This document shows positions 57,803-64,000 of a stretch of 64,000 nucleotides of DNA, piece by piece. The position numbers were made by a program, and so were the translations under genes. The DNA is taken from IMG/VR virus record IMGVR_UViG_3300029868_000018; one strand, written 5' to 3'. The DNA comes from a virus. The notes beneath the pieces were generated by a model, which made no database searches, had not been told where the DNA came from, and saw only the letters and a list, made by a program, of their open reading frames with translations. Numbering within the stretch: the first letter of the stretch is position 1; each line of letters starts with the position of its first letter.

Positions 57803-58510
57803 ATGTTAGATAAATTATATAAAACAGTTCAAGCAAACCTTAACGAAGCTCAATTGGGCGGGTTAAAACCGATTAACTTTAATTTATTCGCGAATAACGG
57901 TGTAATAAAAATAGTTGGAGATATTTTACTTTCCATAAAAACTAACGTTAGGAAGCAAAATTGGATGCTTGACGGACAAGATTTAGCAAATATTTCAGAT
58001 CACAACAAGCAAATAATGGAACATTTCTTAACCCCATTATTTATTTCATCTACAGAGGTAGGAACCGAACTACATTATATCTTGCCTTCAGACGTAGAGT
58101 TTGTTAAAGATATTGTTGTTTTAGGGAATTTAGCAGAAAAATTATCTTACAGAAAATTTACGTTGCTAGAAAGAAATATTTACGCCAAACCAAGCGCATG
58201 TACACCCAAAGCTACAAAATTAAGCGATTACTTGTTAGTTAGCCCTTCGCTGCCTGTAGCTGTAAAAATCATATATTTAAGAAAAGTAAAATCCCCTAAT
58301 TGGACATTTTCAGACTTTCAAGGTAAACCTGTTTTTAATCCGTCCGCCAATGATTTTCAGGATATTGACCTTCCTGTAATAACAGGCGTGTTTGACAGGT
58401 TAGTTAGTCTTGTGACAGAACAGGCGAGTGTATATTTAAGAGATTTTCAAGTACATCAAACGACTAACACGGAACAGGCCCAAGACGCTCAAAATCAAAA
58501 TAGACAATAA
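57803..58510 (+). CDS. virion-module protein, function unknown
   Basis: 235-aa track ORF. Confidence 0.65.
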   Translation: MLDKLYKTVQANLNEAQLGGLKPINFNLFANNGVIKIVGDILLSIKTNVRKQNWMLDGQDLANISDHNKQIMEHFLTPLFISSTEVGTELHYILPSDVEFVKDIVVLGNLAEKLSYRKFTLLERNIYAKPSACTPKATKLSDYLLVSPSLPVAVKIIYLRKVKSPNWTFSDFQGKPVFNPSANDFQDIDLPVITGVFDRLVSLVTEQASVYLRDFQVHQTTNTEQAQDAQNQNRQ

Positions 58511-58512
58511 CA

Positions 58513-59343
58513 ATGGCAGTAGATCCTTTATTAGAAAACGACCAAGCTTATTACGAAGACCCTGAAGCATGGGGAAAATCTCAATATATTACATTACAGA
58601 ATGTAATTGATAATATTATGCTTACCGCAGGTGACGATAGCTATTTCAAACACGCTAGCCCAACAGCTTGTTCTATACACGGCAAAATGGGAATGAAAAA
58701 ACTATTAGTCGATATTAAAACTGAAAGCAGAGCTATAAGAATTCAATTAAAGCCAACGTTAATCTTTCCGTTTCCTAGATTTATGACGGATTGGGTACGG
58801 ATAGGCGTTGTTAATAAATGCGGAAACTTAGAAATTTTAGAAATTAACGAAACTCCAACAATACACGACTATCTACAAGATCATAATTGGGAACTTCTGT
58901 ATGACAGCGAAGGAAGGGTTTTAAGAGGAAGTGACGTAGATCATCAAACAGGATATTGCTGCCTTCCCATACAATGTGATGACAACCCAAAAACAACTTG
59001 TCCTGACGATACTTTTAAAAATAGTTGGGTTAAGGCAAATATACAGGGCGGTTATTTTGAATTTAGCCCTGACCTTGAAGACGAATTAATAGTTATTGAA
59101 TTTACCTCTATGGGATTACAGGAACTAGACGATTGTGATGTGTTAATTCACAACCACCTAGAACTAACGATTACTAGATGGATTCAATGGCAGCTTTTAT
59201 TAGGCACAAGAAACACATCTGAGTCAAGAATAGAAAGATATTACGACCTTTATAAAAAGGAAAAAAAGAGAAGCGAAGCCTTGAATGTTGACTTAACTCT
59301 TGAGGGAATAGTAAAATCCGTAGGAATTAGATACTTGAATTAA
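58513..59343 (+). CDS. virion-module protein, function unknown
   Basis: 276-aa track ORF. Its stop overlaps the next ATG. Confidence 0.65.
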   Translation: MAVDPLLENDQAYYEDPEAWGKSQYITLQNVIDNIMLTAGDDSYFKHASPTACSIHGKMGMKKLLVDIKTESRAIRIQLKPTLIFPFPRFMTDWVRIGVVNKCGNLEILEINETPTIHDYLQDHNWELLYDSEGRVLRGSDVDHQTGYCCLPIQCDDNPKTTCPDDTFKNSWVKANIQGGYFEFSPDLEDELIVIEFTSMGLQELDDCDVLIHNHLELTITRWIQWQLLLGTRNTSESRIERYYDLYKKEKKRSEALNVDLTLEGIVKSVGIRYLN

Positions 59344-62300
59344 TGGCTAAATTAAGAAACGTTTTTGTTGAGGGAAAAATGAGAAAGGACACGGCTAAAG
59401 AGTTGTTGCCTCAAACTTCTTTTGTTCACGCTGAAAACCTAAGATTTCATATAAACGACGGGGCCGACGGTAAAGGGAAAAGCCCAAAAGGAAGTTTAAA
59501 GATTAGTGACGTTACAGAAGGTAATACTGATTTAAAATGTATTGGAGCCTATCACAACCAAGACTTAAATGTCATTTACTATAAATTAGCAAGTACCGAC
59601 GGGCTTATCAGTATTGATGCCGAATACGACATACTTAACGACGAAACAACAATAGTACAAAAAGACACTAATGGCGTTCTAAAATACGACAAAACAGGCT
59701 TTATTACGGGGTGGGATGAAATTGACGGGCTTCAGATTTGGAGCGAATGGGGAAACAATCCAAGAAGAATTAACACCGAAAGATCTAAAGCTAATTTTCT
59801 AGCAGTAGGAGCCAACGGATTTACCGAGGAAGACATACAGCTTATCGTAATTCCCCCATTTAACAAACCTAATATAACACTACAAATAACAACAACAACA
59901 CAAGAAAATTTTATTGAAGAAATATTCCCTTACTTCTCTTATAGATGGAAATATTTAGATGGAGAATATAGCGTACTCTCTCCTTTTTCTAACCCTGCAT
60001 TTTTACCTAAAGATTTTCTATATGACTATCAGGAACAAAACAGCGTTTCAATGGTTAATCGATTTAACCAAATAGTAATTGGGTTTGATACAGGTAACGA
60101 AAGAGTTGTTGAGATACAATTAATTTTCAAAGAAAGCGAAAGTAATAGTGAATGGATAATTGATGATTTTAATAAAGAACAACTTGGTTGGGGTCATAAC
60201 GAACCAAGAACATTTACTTTTGACAATAGTAAGAGGTACAGGGCCTTAAGTGATGAAGTTTTAAGAGGAAGTCAAGATAATGTGCCGAGAACTAATAAGG
60301 CTCAGGCAATGATTAACGGAAGGCTTAATTTAGGGCACTACAAAGAGCGCTATAATATTGAAAACCCTATAGGAACAAAACTATTAATAGATTATTCGGT
60401 AGTTCTTGACACGTTCCCTAACAGGGATAGACAAAATGACACCCCTATAGGTATTGCCACACTTGAACTCGAAACCGCAACACACGCCACAACACCAAGC
60501 TCCCCGATATTAACAATGGTATCAGATAGGTTCTTGAGTTTTTCTTTTTTCGCAGGAGATCCTATAACTATACAGGCGGGTACGGAAAACGAAGGTGAGT
60601 ACACCGTAGTTTCTTCGGAAGAAAATATACTTGTATTAACGAAAGACAACTTACCTAATCCTACGTTTAGTGGAATAGACACGGACGGTACAATACTCGC
60701 TTTAGAATACAACATAATCCCTACATTAATCCCTAGAGAAACAGCTAAAAGCAACAGGGGTTATGAAATTGGGATAATGTATTTCGACGACCCTCTTAGG
60801 GCTACAACCATCCTTGTTAGCGAAACAAATACTGTTTTTATAGATGCAGGGAAAAGCGTAAACGTAAACTCGTTTGACGTAATTTTAAAAAACCTTCCGC
60901 CTTATTTTGCAAAATATTATAGATTTTTTATTAAACAAAACAAAAGAAATTACGACCAAATATCTCCAATAATATTTCACGAAGACGACGCTTACGTTTG
61001 GGTTAAACTAGAAAAAGGAGATATAGACAAGGTTAAGGAAGGGGATTATTTAATCGTAAAAGCAGACACGGTAGGTATTAAAGGTACTTTAGTTAGAACT
61101 AAGGTTTTAGAAGTTGTTTCTCAGCCACAAAACTTTTTAGAACCCGAAGACTCAACGTCTGATGTGATACAAAAAGCAGGTGTTTATTTTAAATTAAGAC
61201 CTAAAAATTACACGCTAGATACAAGTCAGCAGTCTGCTTTTAATTTAAGCACAGTAGACTCGTCAGGTATAAATGAGGCGGTTAATTCAATTATCAACAA
61301 CGGTACGTATGTAGGAGAGTCTCATTTTTATGGAGATACGCTAGACGACATGACTACATCAGGAGCGTTTACAGCAACCCCCTTCTTAGGAAGAAGGTAC
61401 AGGGTAGAAATTGACGGAACAAACATTCCAAATACTTTTAGATGGAGTGATGACGACGGGAACACTTTTACCACAGAGGTCGATATAGACGCAGGAAACC
61501 CGCAGCTATTAAATGACGGAGTTAGCGTTACCTTTGCGTCAGACGCAGGGCATTCAGCTTTAGATAATTGGACTTTTTACACAAGGGCTGATATTCCTGT
61601 TGCGGGAGGTGGTCGTATTTATGGATTTTTCAGATTTTTCGCGTCTCACGGAGAGGATTTAATTTCTTTAGAAAATGATAAAGTCAAGAACGGAGCGCAG
61701 ATTTCTATAGAATATCAATCAACCGAACCTAACGACTCGTATCTTATAGAGGTAATTGCGCAAAATAATTATGATAATATTCAAGAATGGTTTTTTGAAG
61801 ACAATATCAAAGATTTAATAGAAGATGCGACTCAAAACCCTACGGATATATGGTTTGCTAGAGGAACAATAGCTAAGGTCGGTTCGGAGACAAAACTAAC
61901 AATAGATAATGATTTTGCGGTAGGAGCAATGACGATGGTCGCTAGAACAAGCGTAACAAGTCAGCAAAGCATAGGAACCGCCTATGCAGATACAGAGATA
62001 ATTCAATCGTCATCTGCTGTAGGTATTTTACTTGAAACAGAAGGTAAAAATCTACCTCCTGAAACTTATTACGAAATAGGAAAAACATATAAAATTGTAA
62101 ACGGTTTTCATATTTCCGATAATCCAAACATTCCGTCCGATAGAGATCAGACAGGATCAATAGATTTAAAAGTACGCTTAGATTGGTTTAATGCGTTTTG
62201 TTACGGAAATGCAGTAGAGAGTTATAAAATTAAGGATGAATTTAACAGGAAAGGAATTGATTTAGGTATTAGAACCTCAGCCGTTTCAGATGAAGAATAT

Positions 62301-63521
62301 AAAGAAGTGGATAGAATTGCGGACGTTACTTGGAGCGGAGTCTATCAAGATAATGCGAATTTTAACGGGTTAAGCACATTCAACCTTTCAACCCGTAATT
62401 GGGTTGTCTTAGATAAAGAAAGCGCCTCTATTCAGAAATTATTGAACTTTAATAGCGACTTGTTAGTTTTTCAAGAAAATGCAATTGGAATAATGCCTTA
62501 TAATAAAAACATTATTAAAGATATTGCGGGAGGAAGCGCAATCGGAATAGCGAAAGATATTTTAAACAAAGAAAGTTATCGTCCATACGCAGGAGGCTTG
62601 CATGGGGTTTCTAAACACCCCGAAAGTGTTGTTGCTAGAGGTAGAAGTGTTTATCTTCAAGACAAGAACAGGGGAGATACGTTAAGGCTTGCCAATAACG
62701 GCATTACAGAAATAAACAGAAACGAGCTAGAACACGAAATGTCAAATTTAATGGAAGACCCGTTAAACAACTCTTTCGTTTCAGCATTCGATCCAAAACA
62801 TAAAGAATATTTATCTACGTTCCAAACAATAGGGGTATTGGCTTTTAAAGAAAAAGCTAAAGGCTTTCCGAATTATTATACTTTTCAGCCCGACTTTATG
62901 CTTGGGGCCGACAACGCTCTTTATGGTTGGAAGAACGGAGTAATGTATAAAATGAATGCAACAGAAAACCATAACAACTTTTTTGGAGTTCAATATTTGA
63001 GTAAACTTAAGTTTTACGTAAATCACGAATTTGGTTTAGATAAAATATTTAAAGCAATGTCTTTGTTTAGCTCTCACGCTTGGGACGTTATTGTAACGAC
63101 AACGCTCACTTCTAGGTCAATACCAAAAGAACATTTTGAAAAACACGGTAGTTTTTGGTTTGCCGATATAATGACAAACACCAACAACAACACGATAGCT
63201 AATAATATTTTTGGAATTGGAGAAAAACCAATTGTAAACGGAGAAATAGAGATTACTGAAAAACCGTCTGTTATTTCTATTGGAGATCATATAGTAAGCT
63301 CAACACTTTTATTTACACCATCTAAAATTATCGACATTACCGAGACTAAAATAATTATTGAGGATCCACTTAATACAGCAACTTCGTTCTTAATGTATTC
63401 TAAAAACCAAGCTATAGACGGGGTAGATATTACAGGTGATTGTTTAGAAGTTGAATTGTCTATAGAAACTGAAGATGAAGTAATTATCAGTTCAGTCACT
63501 ACAGAAGTTGAAAAATATTAA
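59343..63521 (+). CDS. very large virion structural protein (1392 aa), function unknown
   Basis: Longest ORF in the window, beta-rich, with no catalytic motif recognised. Confidence 0.75.
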   Translation: MAKLRNVFVEGKMRKDTAKELLPQTSFVHAENLRFHINDGADGKGKSPKGSLKISDVTEGNTDLKCIGAYHNQDLNVIYYKLASTDGLISIDAEYDILNDETTIVQKDTNGVLKYDKTGFITGWDEIDGLQIWSEWGNNPRRINTERSKANFLAVGANGFTEEDIQLIVIPPFNKPNITLQITTTTQENFIEEIFPYFSYRWKYLDGEYSVLSPFSNPAFLPKDFLYDYQEQNSVSMVNRFNQIVIGFDTGNERVVEIQLIFKESESNSEWIIDDFNKEQLGWGHNEPRTFTFDNSKRYRALSDEVLRGSQDNVPRTNKAQAMINGRLNLGHYKERYNIENPIGTKLLIDYSVVLDTFPNRDRQNDTPIGIATLELETATHATTPSSPILTMVSDRFLSFSFFAGDPITIQAGTENEGEYTVVSSEENILVLTKDNLPNPTFSGIDTDGTILALEYNIIPTLIPRETAKSNRGYEIGIMYFDDPLRATTILVSETNTVFIDAGKSVNVNSFDVILKNLPPYFAKYYRFFIKQNKRNYDQISPIIFHEDDAYVWVKLEKGDIDKVKEGDYLIVKADTVGIKGTLVRTKVLEVVSQPQNFLEPEDSTSDVIQKAGVYFKLRPKNYTLDTSQQSAFNLSTVDSSGINEAVNSIINNGTYVGESHFYGDTLDDMTTSGAFTATPFLGRRYRVEIDGTNIPNTFRWSDDDGNTFTTEVDIDAGNPQLLNDGVSVTFASDAGHSALDNWTFYTRADIPVAGGGRIYGFFRFFASHGEDLISLENDKVKNGAQISIEYQSTEPNDSYLIEVIAQNNYDNIQEWFFEDNIKDLIEDATQNPTDIWFARGTIAKVGSETKLTIDNDFAVGAMTMVARTSVTSQQSIGTAYADTEIIQSSSAVGILLETEGKNLPPETYYEIGKTYKIVNGFHISDNPNIPSDRDQTGSIDLKVRLDWFNAFCYGNAVESYKIKDEFNRKGIDLGIRTSAVSDEEYKEVDRIADVTWSGVYQDNANFNGLSTFNLSTRNWVVLDKESASIQKLLNFNSDLLVFQENAIGIMPYNKNIIKDIAGGSAIGIAKDILNKESYRPYAGGLHGVSKHPESVVARGRSVYLQDKNRGDTLRLANNGITEINRNELEHEMSNLMEDPLNNSFVSAFDPKHKEYLSTFQTIGVLAFKEKAKGFPNYYTFQPDFMLGADNALYGWKNGVMYKMNATENHNNFFGVQYLSKLKFYVNHEFGLDKIFKAMSLFSSHAWDVIVTTTLTSRSIPKEHFEKHGSFWFADIMTNTNNNTIANNIFGIGEKPIVNGEIEITEKPSVISIGDHIVSSTLLFTPSKIIDITETKIIIEDPLNTATSFLMYSKNQAIDGVDITGDCLEVELSIETEDEVIISSVTTEVEKY

Positions 63522-63913
63522 GTTACTTGCTTGAAATATTGATTTACCAACAAATCCCCCTCAATATAACCTTCACTTGTTAGAGCTTCAATTACAGGAA
63601 CTATAGGGGAGGTTGTATATATCATTGCAAAACCCTCTTTTTTTGCGTAAACCTCTATTTCGTTAAGTAAAAACTGTAAAGCCCCTTTTCTTTGCTCTTT
63701 TGTCGAGTCAAGATTTGATATAGGGTATGCTAAATAAGCTAACAAGCTATCAGTCCGATAAAGCCAACAGCAAAAAAGGTCGTGACTATCATCGGAAACG
63801 ATAAAAACATTAGGAGGTAGAAGTAATTTATGAGGTGTAGGAAAATTATGTCTTTCCCACCAAGTCACCGCAGTTGGATAAAATTCTTTTGTTCTTTCGA
63901 TTCTAACTTTCAT
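63518..63913 (-). CDS. GNAT-like acetyltransferase candidate
   Basis: The track ORF begins at TTG 63928. The ATG at 63913 gives MKVRIER.. The QRKGALQFLLNEIEVYAKKEGFAMIY block resembles GNAT motif A. Its stop overlaps the convergent stop (TTAA). Confidence 0.45.
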   Translation of the reverse strand: MKVRIERTKEFYPTAVTWWERHNFPTPHKLLLPPNVFIVSDDSHDLFCCWLYRTDSLLAYLAYPISNLDSTKEQRKGALQFLLNEIEVYAKKEGFAMIYTTSPIVPVIEALTSEGYIEGDLLVNQYFKQVT

Positions 63914-63917
63914 ATTG

Positions 63918-63925
63918 CAAAGATA
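63918..63925 (-). promoter_or_regulatory. -7 promoter box TATCTTTG only 4 nt from the ATG (leaderless-type)
   Basis: The minus strand reads TATCTTTG-CAAT-ATG. Confidence 0.4.
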
Positions 63926-64000
63926 CAATTACTTTAAAAAGGTAAAACTTAAACAGCAATAAACTATATTTGTAATTAAAATCAATATATTATGGCTATA

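Noticed and set aside
59343-63521. The 1392-aa protein as a virion RNA polymerase (N4/crAss-like), which could have explained the promoter-less early block
   Set aside because: I saw no DxDGD-type catalytic or double-psi beta-barrel motifs. Its composition and position fit a structural tail or baseplate protein. This remains open until a profile search is run.

Overview
The window reads as most of a tailed dsDNA phage genome from a Bacteroidota (Flavobacteriia-type) host. It is AT-rich and tightly packed with about 140 short ORFs. Many start and stop codons overlap (ATGA/TAATG), no Shine-Dalgarno sequences are obvious, and several promoters match the Bacteroidota TTTG-N19-TAnnTTTG type. Layout: 1-11.2 kb (+) holds tail fibres, a lysis cassette and large virion proteins. 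11.2-11.8 kb (-) is an inverted two-gene cassette. 12-19.8 kb (+) holds DNA/RNA metabolism genes: DUF3127-type SSB, NinG, a mini kinase-like protein, a HAD phosphatase and an Rv2179c-like exoribonuclease. 19.9-20.4 kb is a moron flanked by terminators. 20.4-24.3 kb (-) is a leftward operon with a ParB-like gene and an embedded RNA gene. 24.3-25.8 kb is a 1.5-kb non-coding, repeat-dense control or origin region. 25.8-53.3 kb (+) carries many tiny early ORFs, then a C5-methyltransferase, an outer-membrane beta-barrel, an Erf/nuclease/ATPase recombination module, a DnaA-domain-IV protein, a DUF4373 initiator and a DnaC-like loader. 53.8-63.5 kb (+) is the late structural operon (scaffold-like, putative major capsid, 1392-aa virion protein). 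I saw no terminase, portal, integrase or DNA polymerase. The strongest finding is a circularly permuted (two-piece) tmRNA-like gene at about 23.58-23.83 kb (-), with its own consensus promoter and terminator. Other points of interest are serial hairpin+U-tract elements in front of leftward genes, a palindromic 14-mer shared by the control region and the operon, DnaA-box-like sites matched by a phage DnaA-domain-IV protein, two families of conserved intergenic elements in the early region, and an exoribonuclease carrying an inserted transmembrane hairpin. All function calls rest on motifs read by eye. No database search was run.
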